Part shown: positions 1-14,000 of the stretch, piece after piece
Layout of the letters: each line of letters starts with the position of its first letter
How positions within the stretch are numbered: the stretch's first letter is position 1
Source: Mytilus edulis
Lineage: Eukaryota
Length of the DNA stretch: 64,000 nucleotides
Direction of reading: 5' to 3'
Assembly (NCBI RefSeq): GCF_963676685.1
Contig: NC_092349.1
Coordinates: forward strand, 54,622,001-54,686,000
Made by a program: the position numbers and the translations under genes
Notes under the pieces: model-generated
The model's database searches: none
Told to the model about the DNA's origin: nothing
What the model saw: only the letters and a program-made list of their open reading frames with translations

Positions 1-60
1 GGTATATACTATGAAAATAAGAGCTTGGGGCAAGCCTCTCGCTCTGATTTTAGTAGTTTA

Positions 61-400
61 TAAAGGCAACAGTAGTATACCGCTGTTCAAAATTCATAAA
101 TCAACAGAGAAAAAACAAATCCGGGTTACAAACTAAAACTGAGGGAAACGTATCAAATATAAGAGAACTTCGACACAACAGAGACACAACACCGAAACGT
201 AACTCAAAGATAAACGAACTATAATGTAACAATTGCCATTTTCCTGACTTGGTACATGGCATTTGATGAAAAAATGGTGGATTGAACCTGGTTTTGTGGC
301 ATGCCAAACCTCCCGCTTTAATGGCAGTGTTTATTATAACATTAAAATTACAACATTACACGATAAGGTTACCAGAAACAAACAAATAAATGGGAGAAAA
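61..400 (+). repeat. Dispersed repeat (Penelope/SINE-like tail family)
   Basis: AAAGGCAACAGTAGTATACCGCTGTTCAAAA...ACAAACTAAAAC(T/C)GAGGGAAAC recurs at ~6470-6820 and, diverged, at ~45365-45550. End is approximate. Confidence 0.7.
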
Positions 401-1379
401 TATAGAACAGATATATACCTTTCTATACAATAACCGACACTTCGATTTGGCAAACAATCGGGGAAAACTTGTAGAAAAAAACACATGGCTCTGATAAAAC
501 CAGTGTATCTTCGAAGAGCAATTGTCCGTTTCGACGTTTGTGTGTTAGTGCTCGCCAGGAGTGCAGGTGGACATGAGTTCAGGTAAACTAAAAACTTTCA
601 AATTGCAATGTAATGCTTCTTTTATTTGCACACGACATTAAGGAGTAATAACACAGACTGATAGACTCGGAGTTAAAACCATGTGTCTGAGTAATGGGAT
701 GTGTCTCCCTTCAGTAAAACGTAAAATCACAAAAATACCGAACGCCGAGGAAAATTCAAAACGGAAATTCCTTAATAAAATGGCAAAGTAAAAAGCTCAA
801 ACACATCAAACAAATGGATAACAATTTGATACAGACGTTTCCTTATATAGAAAATAAACAAAACGAACACATGTCAAAAAATTAGGTACAGCTGTCAACA
901 TAGTGTTAATGTCCTAGTCCCAATAAAAACAGGGTGGAATCCAGCCATTTTTAAAAGGGGGTGATCCCAACCCAGAGTAAAGAGGGGGCAACTATATGCT
1001 CCCATTCCAATGTATTGATAGTCCAAAAAAAAGAAAACTCCAGCCCCCGTCTACACCCCTCCCCCGCTGGATCCGCCACTGATAAAACAAAGAATTATGT
1101 AACAAACTCACAAAGGCATAAACACAAAGCACATTAGCAAAAATGAAAAACAAGAATACAAGAATTTACCATAGCACATTAACACAATGAAGGGTTGTGC
1201 ATTAAAACAGAGCCACGTTAAATGGATTTAACCACAGAAACAGACTATGGAGTATTAAAAGTAGTATACATAAAAACATATAAAAATTATTCTATGACAA
1301 GGTATTAAATAAGATGATAAACAACGTCAGTACCCAGAATATATATACTTCAAGCCCATCATGTATTTTGTGAAACTGT

Positions 1380-1960
1380 TACGGAATATTTATCAACAAT
1401 GTCTTGGTACTTTCTACTCAGACACTGTTGACGTTTTACAAAGTCTGTGAAGCAGCTGCAGGCTCTTTAATAACAAATAAGTTGGGAAATATATATATCC
1501 CATACGTAGGCGAAGTTGTCACACAGACAGCAAATTGGGGGAAATTGATGATTTCAATCAAATCGTCTCGTTTGTTATAGATTCTGGAACTGAGATGACC
1601 GTGTTTGTCTAATTCAAGGTCTAAAAATGAGGGGGAGGAAGCCGTGTATGTTGTTTCTTAAATTTCTAGTTCTGGGGGATATATTAAAGGGACCTAATCA
1701 GAAAAATTTGGATTGTTAATGGAAAGAACATCAATATATCTGAATGTGAAATTAAATGACCTGGCTTCCTTTATCTTGTTTTTAATGAGTGTCTGAAGGA
1801 ACACCGACTCATATGAATATAAAAAGAGGTCGGCAGTTAAAGGCGCACAGCTTATTTCCATAAGAAAGCCGATAATTTGTTGAAAATGTCTACCCCCAAT
1901 TCCAGCAAAACTGTTGTCAATAATATTAATGAATATTACCTTAGGCACTAGCATGTTATA
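1380..1960 (-). mobile_element. Penelope-like element reverse transcriptase fragment (degenerate)
   Basis: Minus strand reads IDNSF..GGRHFQQIIG..M..SCAPLTADLFLYSYE...FTFRYID-VLSINNPNFSD, then IYPPELEI.ET...RIYNKRDDFD.NHQFP. These match PLE RT motifs (QxxGxxMG, RYxDD), with indels and stops. Confidence 0.75.
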
Positions 1961-2166
1961 AATCCGGCTCAGGATACCGATGTAGTACAAATCAGGGTGA
2001 ATTTGATAAAACATTAACACGTTTACGTCCTGAATATGCATATTGATTTGCCGTTGGGCCTTTAGCAGTCATCTATAATAATCATATAAGGGTAGTTATC
2101 TGTCTATAACCTGCACATTTTTATGAGATCTAGATATAATATTGTTATATTCATTCTCATTTTCAG

Positions 2167-2301
2167 AAAATTGGTCCAGATTCAACAGGTTGTAAATATG
2201 AAGCCGGTAAAAATGACAAACTTAATATTTGCCTGGCAAAGAATGCTCTGTGCAAACGAGAAAGAAGACGATGTCGTTGGGTTAATAATGAAGAATGTTA
2301 A
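2167..2301 (+). CDS. TIMP: TIMP paralog A, terminal coding exon (upstream exons not found in the window)
   Basis: Acceptor tttcag|AAA, encodes KIGPDSTGCKYEAGKNDKLNICLAKNALCKRERRRCRWVNNEEC*. Same length (135 nt) as and highly similar to exon 14828-14962. The 3' flanks are also homologous. Confidence 0.85.
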   Translation, partial: KIGPDSTGCKYEAGKNDKLNICLAKNALCKRERRRCRWVNNEEC

Positions 2302-2892
2302 CGTGGTAATGAAATCAACCAACTTGTACGTTTTCTTAATGATTAATTAATATATAAAACTATCAATACTTTCTGATGTACTTGTTCATGACTGTGTTCT
2401 CATTAAAATAATGTTGTTTACCAGATTCTAATTATCTGGTTAAAATTGTAATTCACTGAGGTAAAAAAAATATATAAAAAATACAAAACTCCAAGCAAAA
2501 ATCATAACAGAAATGACAAATTCAAAAGCTGACACACATTAAACGATGTGGAAACAATTGTCATATTCTTAACTTGGTACCGGCTTTTTCAGATTTAAAA
2601 AATAGTGAATTTAACATGTTTGTTCAGCTGGAAAAGTAGATCTACAATATAAGCACAATTTAGACACGTGTCAAATGTGAATTAGGATCTGACGCACCTT
2701 ATATCACCCTTGGTTGTCTTTGTGATTCGATTACTTAGTTGTTGTTCGTTTATAATGTAGTGGTATAAATACTTATGCTTTTCCTTCTGTTATTTTTCGT
2801 TGTTGCTTTTTTTTTTTGGCAATGATTGTGTCGGTCTGTCCTTGATTCGATATATGTGTTGATTCACTTGATGCGTCTTAAGCATCGATTAA

Positions 2893-3306
2893 ACGTCTGG
2901 CGTATATACAAAATTTAGTTCTGGTATCTATGATGAGTTTATTTACAACCACTAGATCGATGCAACTGCTGGTGGAGATCTTTACCCCCGAGGTTATCAC
3001 AAGCCCACTTTTTGTGCTGACACGAATTGTCATTGATATGGTTATATTAATAAATTAACTTTTTAAAACATTTTGAATTTTTTGAAATACACTAAGGCTT
3101 TTCTACCTCAGGTATAGATAACCTTAGCTGTATTTGGCAAAACTTTTAGGAATTTTAGTTTTCAATGCTTTTTAACTTCGTACTTTTTTTGGCCTTTTTA
3201 CATGTTTTAACTTTTTTGGATTCGAGCGTCATTGAAGAGTCTTTTGAAGACGAAATGCGCGTCTAGCGTATATACAAAATTTAGTCCTAGTATCTATGAC
3301 GAGTTT
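2893..3306 (+). mobile_element. Non-LTR retrozyme-like repeat, ~366-nt monomer with degenerate hammerhead
   Basis: CGTCT(G/A)GCGTATATACAAAATTTAGT..T.GTATCTATGA.GAGTTT occurs at 2894 and 3260. A hammerhead-like GCGTCA-TTGAAGA-GTC..GAC-GAAA-TGCGCG-TC lies at ~3226-3263 with the core C mutated. Confidence 0.7.
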
Positions 3307-5246
3307 AATCATTGCATACATTACATTTACAAAATACAATCGGCTTAACTTGTTTAATTATACAGTAGTGTTAAATACTTTGAGCTCTATATATTCCCTG
3401 ATACATCTTGTTTTAAAGCATTCGATTTATCTTAAAGGGCTGTCAATTTATTTAAAACTAATTAAAAAATGAGGGTAAATTAGATAGGGAAGTAATATTT
3501 GCCTTACTACTTTCAACCTCTTAAATGTGATGCAATAGTTATGAATGTTCAGATAGCTATAGCGTATTGCTAACTGTACAAGGGGCATATGATTTAAAGT
3601 CAACATTCTGATCGGACGTGTTTGCGAACATTAACAGTCCGCACAGAATCGCAATTATGGCAAGGTTTTGCTGCCGAACAGAGGAGGACCTGACGATATC
3701 ATATATAAATTCCCCAGTCAACCTTTGTGGTGCATTACATGACGATATTCATCGGTTTTGCAAGACTTGTTGCAACCAATGTAGATAATGCAACTATTTT
3801 GTTTTGTTTATCTTAAATTGTGCTACATAAAATTTGATGGCTACCAAATGTGGACACCTTTGAGCAATAATCGAGATGCTCAAAAATAAATGTATCATAT
3901 ATCCGTGAAATAACCTTATACATTTAGTTGTTAACATCCTACGAAAGTGGATTTTTGAGGTCAAGTGTCAACAACTTAGACGAAGCACAAGTTAAAGGTA
4001 TTTTGAATAATGCAATATGCACACGTTCATTACGAATATAGATAAAGCAATTTGTCGTGATCAATAATAAAATAGGTAACTCCATAATACGCGTGTTTAA
4101 TCATTATCCTGCAGCTGGTAATCACGTATTTTTTTTATTTCTAATATTATGAAAATCTAATTGTAATATGTTTATTCAAAATATAGTGCAAATTTAATGA
4201 CACATCAACAAGTATATTGCATCAGAAGACGACCAAACTAAAGTTTTAGGGGGGAGCAATGATTTCATACTATTCTGCGAGGCAATTTAATTGTGATATT
4301 TATGAGGAAGATACGTTAATTATAGTGTTGTTAACACTCCAACAAGAGATTTAATTCAATTTTCCAAAATGAAATATGTTTTTAAATACTATTGTTCTAA
4401 GATAAGATAGGAACTAAGGAATGAAATACTGACAACAAAAACTGTTTCTCAACTTGAAATTTTAAAAGATGACCGTTTTCTTCAATTGATCGAAATAAAT
4501 GTAGTTCAAGACATACTGCAATGTAATGTAGAGCAAAGCAGGAACTGACTTTAACATTAACGTCATCTAATTGCTTTGGACATAATCGTTATTTATTTTG
4601 ACGATTTAACAAGATTTAGATATTGAACAACCAGTGGAATATGATGATTATTCTGCGTTAACTATGCAGTTACATTTGAAGTTAATCATAATTTTCAGCA
4701 AGTTGCATTTTTTGTTTGTTTGACGCGAGTATTATGCATATAGATATGTTGACAAGTATTAATATTTTGGAGTCCTTTATCAATATTAGATCATGATCAA
4801 GTTTATGTTTACAACATACTAGTATTCCGATTAGAAATATTATAAAAATATTTATGGTTTCAGCTGGTATTAGACAAAAGTTCATAATGCAACTGAACTT
4901 TTTTTGTGAGGAAAGATGGAATATAAAAAAGGAATATTCGAACTCATAAATCGGAGACATATACAGTCACAGTGTTAATCAGCAATAACGATATTACAAC
5001 ATATTATTAAAACCATTTGAAACAAGAAATCACCCTTGGATTTTCGACACATATGGAACATATGGTTGCATATAATATTATGTAAATATGCATATGTTTG
5101 GGTTTGTCGTCAAAAATCCGTCGCTATTGATTTGACACAGTTGCTTTATTTATCTAATATGTTATAAAGCAGTCATTGTCGATAAGTGTAATAATCCTTT
5201 ATACATTGTAATAGAAATAAGTAGATTTGATATGAGTAGGTGTTAA

Positions 5247-5945
5247 AGGGGCACTAAGTGCAAAACTTATGTTCACCGATTTGACTCAAATTCTCATATT
5301 AAATTGATAATAATGCGAAACATTTATCCAAATTATTAAAAGTCTATAATAAACAATTTACAGAGCATGGGCTCTGAAAGATGTAGCTTCGTTTCGTGTT
5401 TATTTTAGTCAAGACACCATCTTATTTTTTATCGAGATGACCCCCGACACAACCAACGATCACATAACACGATATATAAAATATAAACTATAAACAGATA
5501 TGTACCTCGTGCAAACGGATTTTTCTATGTCTGTTTGGTTCCAATTTTGAAGTTTAAAAAATAAGTTAATTTTCGTTTTTACCTGTATACAAATGTTGTT
5601 TTGTGGATCGAATTAATCAATCAAATGATTTACCTTTATGTTTCACATTTAATGTTGACATTCTTTACTTTTAATAGCCTAACACGCATCAATTATGAAT
5701 AATAATTTTAGCTTAGGGTTTAAATTGAAGTTTACATGAATAAGGATTCAATGAGGTCGAATTATCAATTTTCAATTTTTCATTATCGATGTTACCTAGC
5801 TTTTTTGGGGGACAAAATTGAACCACACAGGCTGCTTATAGCGAACTATTATTTTACTATTTTACTTGTACTAATAATTGAATAAACAAAACAAAAAACA
5901 TGATAATAATTTAATGTTTGTAAGCATTTTGTAGTTAGTGCCCCT
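5247..5945. mobile_element. Non-autonomous DNA transposon (Kolobok-type MITE)
   Basis: TIR AGGGGCACTAA / TTAGTGCCCCT with TTAA on both sides (5243-5246, 5946-5949). Confidence 0.8.
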
Positions 5946-8049
5946 TTAATAGAGCAAACATTCACTGGCCTGGATGTAAGCAACTATGGGTCACTGTATA
6001 TTCTTCTCCAAAGAGCATAACGCATACCATATAGTTAAGATCGTATATAAAAGGCACAGACATGTCATAATGTGAAGAAAAAAAATGAGAAAATAATTTG
6101 TCCGATTTATGAATAATCAGTTGAAGAATTATAAATATGACAGAGAACAATTAACGCAACCACTTTTATGACAATTTCTGCCTACAACTGCTGCGTTGAT
6201 AGAAGTATGTTTTGATGGATTTTTTCTTTATTTTATTAACTAGACTTCTCTGTTGTCTGTATAGTTCCAAGTTGGTACTTAATTTTTGTTTGTTATACCT
6301 GTTGTACAGTTGCCATTTTTTGTACACTGATGTTCGTACTTTTTAGTTCATAAATGGTGCTGGTTGTTTACATTGTTTTCTTTTTTCAAGGGATCATGTT
6401 GGAATTAAACCTTTACCACAGCCTTTTCAAAATCTCAATATACCTGATTTATATCATATTGGTCCAAATAAAGGCAACAGTAGTATACCGCTGTTCAAAA
6501 CTCATAAATCCATGGACAAAAAATAAAATCGAGGTAACAAACTAAAACCGAGGGAAACAAATTAAATATAAGAGGAGAACAACGACATAACACTAAAATG
6601 TAACACACATAGACAAAATCCCACGAGAATAACAAATATAACATATATATATAACATCAAGACCAAATACATGAATCTGGGATAGACAAGTACCGTGACA
6701 CATCTTATCGCAATGTGAATTTACACTCAAAACTAAGAGAAAACAAACGACACAACGTTATAATACACACAGAAACGAACTATATTATAACCATGGCCAT
6801 ATTCCTGACTTGGTACAGGAAGTCTGCAATCAAATTTTCTTAGTCTTATTTTTAAAGCTTCTATACGATTTATACTCTGTGGTCTTATTTGAAATTTTAA
6901 CCTTTATCTGTACAATGATCATATTTCGTACAACACCAATAACAGTATTAACATTTCTTATATTCATACATGTACTAGATTTATTTGTCAGTACAACATC
7001 TATTAGACTTGGATTATTCCCTTTAGTATGTCATTGGGTACATGGACGACATTTGTTAAATCACAAACATCACAGGCCTCTTTCAAAGTATTACTTTTCT
7101 CATTTATTAGCATATCATAATTGAGATCTCCTAACATTAAAATATTATCATACTTTTTTTAATCTTTGTAAAGGGAACCGAATTCGACATAGATGGTGTT
7201 TAAGGGAATTAACTTCAATCAATCAACGGACCAGTTACTGTCATTAAAGTGAGAGGGTTAGTGTTATAGAACCAGGTTTAATCAACCATTTTCTACATGT
7301 GAAAATGCCTGTACCAAGTCAGGAATATGACAGTTCTTGTCCATTCGTTTTTGATGCGTTTTGTTATTTGATTTTGCCATGTGATTATGGACTTTCCGAA
7401 TTGATTTTCCTCTAAGTTCAGTATTTCTGTGATTTTACTTTTTACATTAGATTTAGTAAATAATAATAATCCATAACTTATTATTCAGAAACATTACTCG
7501 GTAGAGTGCAAGTATGTATATATTTTAATAACATTTGGATAAGTTAGGTTAACAAGAACATATCTAAATAAAATCTTAGAGAAATGGAAGATATGAATGA
7601 GGTTTTCATTTAACATCTGCAATATACATGATATACTAGATTTATATTTACATTTACATGTACTTTATTTACAATCCTATTAATATTGCTGCTTAGAAAA
7701 AATAATTCGTCAAATACATTTTACTTGGTATAATTCCACACTAAATTAAAAGATGATTATATTTCACGGGGGAAGTGAAGGGTGTTTATAAAAATTAAGC
7801 AATTTGTTCGCCAGATTGGTCCTGATGTATGCCCAGCAGTCGAATTGCATCGTGCACGCGGTCACACCAGTTTGATTTAGCTTCCATTTGAAATTAAAAC
7901 ATTTGTGTTTCATGTTTTTCTGTGCGTTTACCCTTCTATCATCCCCTGATATTAATTTTACATGACATTTGAAGTGCAAATATTTAAAGACACGAGAATT
8001 CAAAATACAGTTAGAATTAGATGTTACACTGGAGAAAGAAATAGTAAAA

Positions 8050-11000
8050 ATGTTTCAGAAAGTGCTACTACTGTGTATTATCCTAACTTGGATGACATAT
8101 GATGTACACGGTTGTTCGTGTTTTGGTTTCCAGCATCCGCAATCGCAATTTTGTTCAGCTAACTACGGTAAGTTTAAGAATTTGTATTTGCATGAAAAGT
8201 CTGACTTGCTGTTTACTCTTTTTTAAACGGAATTGATCTTGTATATTATGTTTATGAAAGTAAATACAGGGTAAATATGAATGTTACGGACAGCAATGTT
8301 TTCTTTAAAAACAAATTGACTTCAATATTTTTTTTTACTTTTTTATGATCGGCATTTTTAAACAAAGTACCAAACAAAGAAAACATTTGGACTGCTATTT
8401 TAAATAAGTACACAAGATAGATGAGCGTTTCTCGAATAAAAGACTTAACAGTGACGCTCGAATTAAAAAAAAAAGACATCAATACGACCAGGGCTACTAA
8501 GGTATTTATATATCAGGAAATGATTATCGTTAAAAAAAAAACACCATATAAAACACAACTTGTATAAGCAAATGCAAATCATGAAGAGATTATATCAATA
8601 TGAATATTCAAACTTGTTTATTTTTGTACACCTTTTGAGTACTTTTTGAGGGAGTTGAGGTTGGAGAAGGCTGGAAGTTGCCGGATTGACTGATCATTGT
8701 TATTGTGTAAGCATTGGTGCATAGACCAGCATATATCTATCATACAATAAAGTATTACCATTAATTAAAAAAAAAAACATAAACAAAAACACATACAAAT
8801 ATTTGTATCGTTCAATTCTGACATATAGATTAGGGACAATATTTGCCACATTGTTTTCAAACTTGAACCAATGTCCATAAACAAACAAAATTTGAGTAAA
8901 GACAGATCGTTAAACTAGAAAATGTTGAATGACATGGTTTTTTACCAAACAAAAGTTCCGGTGAGATATTTTTTATAATTATATCAACAAAATTTCTGTA
9001 GGTATCATGTAGTGCTCTCATCTAGTGCGATAATTTCAGTATCGATATACTATCCCATCAAGTTACAGAATATACAATATAGCTTAAATACCTATCGGTT
9101 ATTTATTTTCAGTTCTTACTGGGCTAATTGCAAGTAATTTGTTTTCCAAATCATTCTAGAAAATCAAATGTTCGCCCTTTAAGTATTCACGTACTATAAC
9201 TCAAATACCGTTTGCTCAACAACATTGCCTTTCTTTTTTCTAGTATTCTACGGCAAAGTTATAAAGGAGACGTTAATACCGGGTCCACCAGAAGATACTG
9301 CAAACAACCTTGCGATCTGGAAGTATACATTTAGCATAATTTTCAAAATGAAGGTAAGAATATGTAATTAAATAATTTTGAGATGTAAATTAGGCATATT
9401 TAAACATGGAATTATATAAAATATTAATATACAAAAGGTTTAACTACTGCTGACATACACTATGCAAAAAATATGTATTCTTACAAACCAGATAGAGAAA
9501 AAAATAGAAGCAATATATTAAACGTAGTTTTTTTTAAACAACTTCCTCCACATGTGGAGCAGGATCTGCTGCACCTGAAATCACCCCCAGTCATTGATGC
9601 GGTTCGTGTTGTCTGTTTGTCTTTTTCATTTTTAACCATAGCGTTGTCAGTTTAATTTCGAATTATGAGTTTAAATGTTCCTTTCTTTGTATCTTTTGCC
9701 CTTCTTTTACTCCATACTCATGATAATGTTATACGTGGTACCTTGTCTCCCAACACCAGTATTTTAGTCAGCCTAATTATTTTTGGAAAAGAGTTATAAA
9801 CTTGCACGAAAAGTTTCAGGTGTAACCCATGAATATGATGAACGAGTGTAGTTTTTTTATCTTTAATTTATAAGTAGTAACTTTACATTTTTTAACTCAA
9901 ATTGTTATCAAGGTGTCGGCTTCACTGGTAATCAAGTTTGAACAAATATCAAAATGTGTCAATCTATGCAAATCTTAAAATACGTATTTTGATCACGAAA
10001 AAGAGACGTTCATGCTATATTACATTTACTATACAGGGAGTGACACAAGGAGTTGGTCAAGAAGTAGTTGTAGAGACAAGAGGAAATAGTGCTCTCTGTG
10101 GAGTACGTTTTACTGTCGGGAAGTCTTATATTCTAATGGGTAAGTAAATTATAGAATGTTAAGGTAAATAAAGGAATGATATCAAATATTTTCAAGTTAT
10201 GTTAAAAATGTGAAACATAAAAATATTAACTAAAATTATGTGAGCCAGCCCTTAAAATACATTATAAATTGGTATTGCGAATTAAAGCAATGCTCTTATT
10301 TCCAATGGGGTCTTTATATCCTCTGGTATAAATCGCCTCTCTTTTTATGATAAAATTTGTTAGTTGCGAAAAATGGCACAACTTTAAACGTATTGATCTT
10401 TAAGCTATTATTAATCTATATATATATATAGATTAAAGCATTGATACGTGTGGATTATCGGATTTATCCAATCGAGATAGTTAAATTATCAATTGATAAG
10501 TTCGAGCCTCGGATATAAATTTATAATTTAACTATCGAGATTGGATAAATCCGATAACCCACGAGTAACTATGTAAGAATCTGTTTCTCTAATGATTAAA
10601 AAAAAATCTTTTTTTCTGTTAAACGAAATCCCAATTGAGTGCCTTTGACATTCCACGAAATTGTCAATTTCATTAATACCTGTTAGCATATTTTGATCCA
10701 TCCAGTTAGCTAAAGAGGTTATGACCCTTAAAATTAGCTAATGTTCTTTTGTGATCACCGGCAACCACACGTTGATTTAAATTTTTTCTACAATGGGTTG
10801 GGAAAGGGATAAATTTCCATAGAATTAGAGAAAATTAATTCACACTGCAACTATTTCTAAGATATAGTCTTAACCATGGCGTTAAATATAGTTTCACACC
10901 TGAATTATCTGACCTTAAAGGATAACTCCTTACATGAACATATACTACAATTGATAAATTGTACATATAGTAAAGTATAAGGAGATACAAATGATAAATC

Positions 11001-14000
11001 AAGCGGTAAAAAAACAAGAAAGGCAAACAAAGTAAAAGGACGAATAACTGTCAATTCAACACAACAGCGATTACAGCTGAGAATTCAATTCTTTAATAAA
11101 TGTAAAACCCAATGGTACAATGTAAATACCGAATATAATGGTAAGTACACAAAATGACAAATATCTTTCAATACTCATAAAACTAAGAATTTAGCGGCAT
11201 TTACTTGAACAAATGGAAATGAAGCCTTATATCCTCGACATGGAAACGCATAACTTTATTTTGTTAAATCAAGTTTGTTGAATCTCTTATGAAAAAGTAT
11301 TCGGTATGACATTTAGTCGATGGTATGTCCTTGTTCGGGTAAGACCTTTTACTTTATTATGTTTATTCAGGTTGATTGAATATGGGATAACACAACTATT
11401 TGGAATAAAATCGACAGTTCTGATAGAATTATAACAATCATACCTTCCTCATGTTTCTGCAAACGAAATTAATTTAAATTTCGTAATCATATTTAAGAAG
11501 ATGTTGTATAAGTGCTAATGAGACAACTCATCATCCAAGTCACAAGTTTTTTAAGTAAACCATAATAAGTTAAAGTCTTGTCTCACACCGAACAGCAAGC
11601 TATAAAGGCCCCCAAAAAATCTTTTAATAGTAAGTCTTACGTCGGACTCTAACTTCTATTGAACAGAGTGTGTATGTGCGTTTTGCTGTGTGTTTGTTTA
11701 CTCCACATTTGCTATATATATGGGAGAGGGTTGAGAACTCACAAAACATGTTTAACCTCGCCGCATTAGTCATCATGATACTAGTAAGAAATCGCAAAAC
11801 CATTTTAGTTTTTTGCCTTCTAATAACGGTTCATTTGTATACATAGGACTATAGTGTGGCGTTCACATTTGAAAAAAATGTCCACTTTATAGAGAAGGAC
11901 GAGAATACTCAATTGGTGATTTTGTTGGATTTCTTTTTCAATCAAAGATATTAAAACTACTATTTAAGAAATATGTTGCTGTACTATTCATCTTGGCTGC
12001 TTACACGTCCTGACTAAATTATAATTACCACGTTTTTTGCCTCTTTTTCGGGGGGGGGGGGGGGGGTACATAGTTACAAGTTTTTTCACTGTTGTGCTCT
12101 GTACTATGATAATTTTCTGTTAGCCACTTTTTGGTCGATGGCCAGAACTTTGAAAGATTTTCATCTTCTTGTAAGTTTAAATGTTCCTTTTGTTAAATTC
12201 AACCTCTCTTTAAATAAAATAGAGTGGACGAGTTCCTGAATTCAATTTATTCATTGTTATAAAACTGTTAAAAATTGAAGAAAACATCAAATGTTTTAAT
12301 TGGAAATACATTTTTTTGGTAATAGTTCAATAAATATCCAATATGAAATTATCAATGGATTTCCAAATGCAAATCCTATTATCACATGCATCATGATTAT
12401 TACAATGCATTTTTATTCAAGAAATAATATTCAAAATTTAAGAGATATTATACAGGCTAAATTAAGATTGATTCGATGATTGTTTTGGTCATGGTAAGTG
12501 AAACCCTTTCCAAATTTGTATACATGTATTGTATTAAATGTTTTACACCAATTGCAATCTGTTATTTCACCGTCTAAGATGTCTATACCAACAAATTAAT
12601 TCCCTGCATTTGTGTTATATGTATTACAATTTTCTGGCTTTTTCCGTTTTGAACTCAAATTCGTTATTCGCTGGTGATTTATTGTTATAATAAATAAAAA
12701 ACTAAATTCTTAAGTAAGTAATAAGTACTTCAAACGCGTGTTAATATATTTCGAACTAAAAGTTCAATTGTTTCTTTCGCAAACAAAGCACACTTGTAAT
12801 TGTAAGATACAGTGAAACCTGGGTAAACCGAACCCTGATAAAACCGAATTTCAGTTTTATCCGAACAATTTCAAAGTCCCAATTTTTTTTCATATTAATC
12901 AATGTTAATCTTACCGGAAAAAAACAGAACCCTGTCAACACCGAATTTTGAACATTTTTTAAAGGTTCGTTAAAAAATATGTATTAAAATATTTCCTGAC
13001 AAAATCGATCGATAGCAATCAAAACAAAAAAATGTTTTAAATTATTTGCATGCTTTAATTAAACAAACACAAAGATGACAGAGTATCCCCGATGGTACAT
13101 TTGTATTTGAGGTTTAATGAATTAATGAGATGTAATAACAAACTAATCAGCATGTTGTTGTCTTTGTATTCAGTGATAAAAAAAAAATTGTAAAGAAACG
13201 TCAAACTTCATCGCCGAAAAGGCAAGAATGGAACTTTTCTTGAGATCAATTTAATGCACGCTACTCAAATATTTACGGTCACAAATTCGTAAATGCCATT
13301 CAGTAGCTAAACTGTTTAACTAAATAATAGTATTAAAGCGTTGCACTAGACTAAGAAGTCGTGAAACACAAGGTCAATGACTGTCGAATTATATTTATGG
13401 GATGCCGGATTCACTTAATGGCCCTATACACAATTCAAATGCTAACGCAGTTTAGTCCAAGAACTCGTGTGTACAAATAATTGAAAATAACGATCTCGAC
13501 TCAAAGAGCAAAATCGCTCAACGTCGGACATCATTGAACGATTAATATCTTTACACAACAAGGAGCGTGATTGACGGAGTGGCGTTTGATTTATATGAAA
13601 AAGGTACATACGTCATTCTTCATCTACTTTTACATTTACATCTAAATCATCATGAAAATAAATTGCGGTCTGTTGTCACCTATAGTCCCTTGTCAGTAAG
13701 TGCTAACATTATTTTGATGTCGACTTTCGTTTACCTCTTCAATCCGAACACCCGTGAAAACCGAACAAAACGCAAAGTCCCATGTGTGTTCGGTTTGGAC
13801 AGGTTTCACTGTATTTGTTTTAGGAAGAACAGGCTCCGATGGAAAGAAATCTATTGGATTATGTAACTATATCAGACAACTGAGCAGTCTGTCACCTTAC
13901 CAAACGTTTTACATGTTTACAAGAGGTGTTAATTCTTACAATTTAAACTGTAGAAGGAGATGCAACGTAAGTAACTTAAAAGTAAGCTATGCACTTGTCA

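Noticed and set aside
2123-2350. 75-aa ORF in the ORF track
   Set aside because: Wrong frame. The real coding frame is the TIMP terminal exon 2167-2301.
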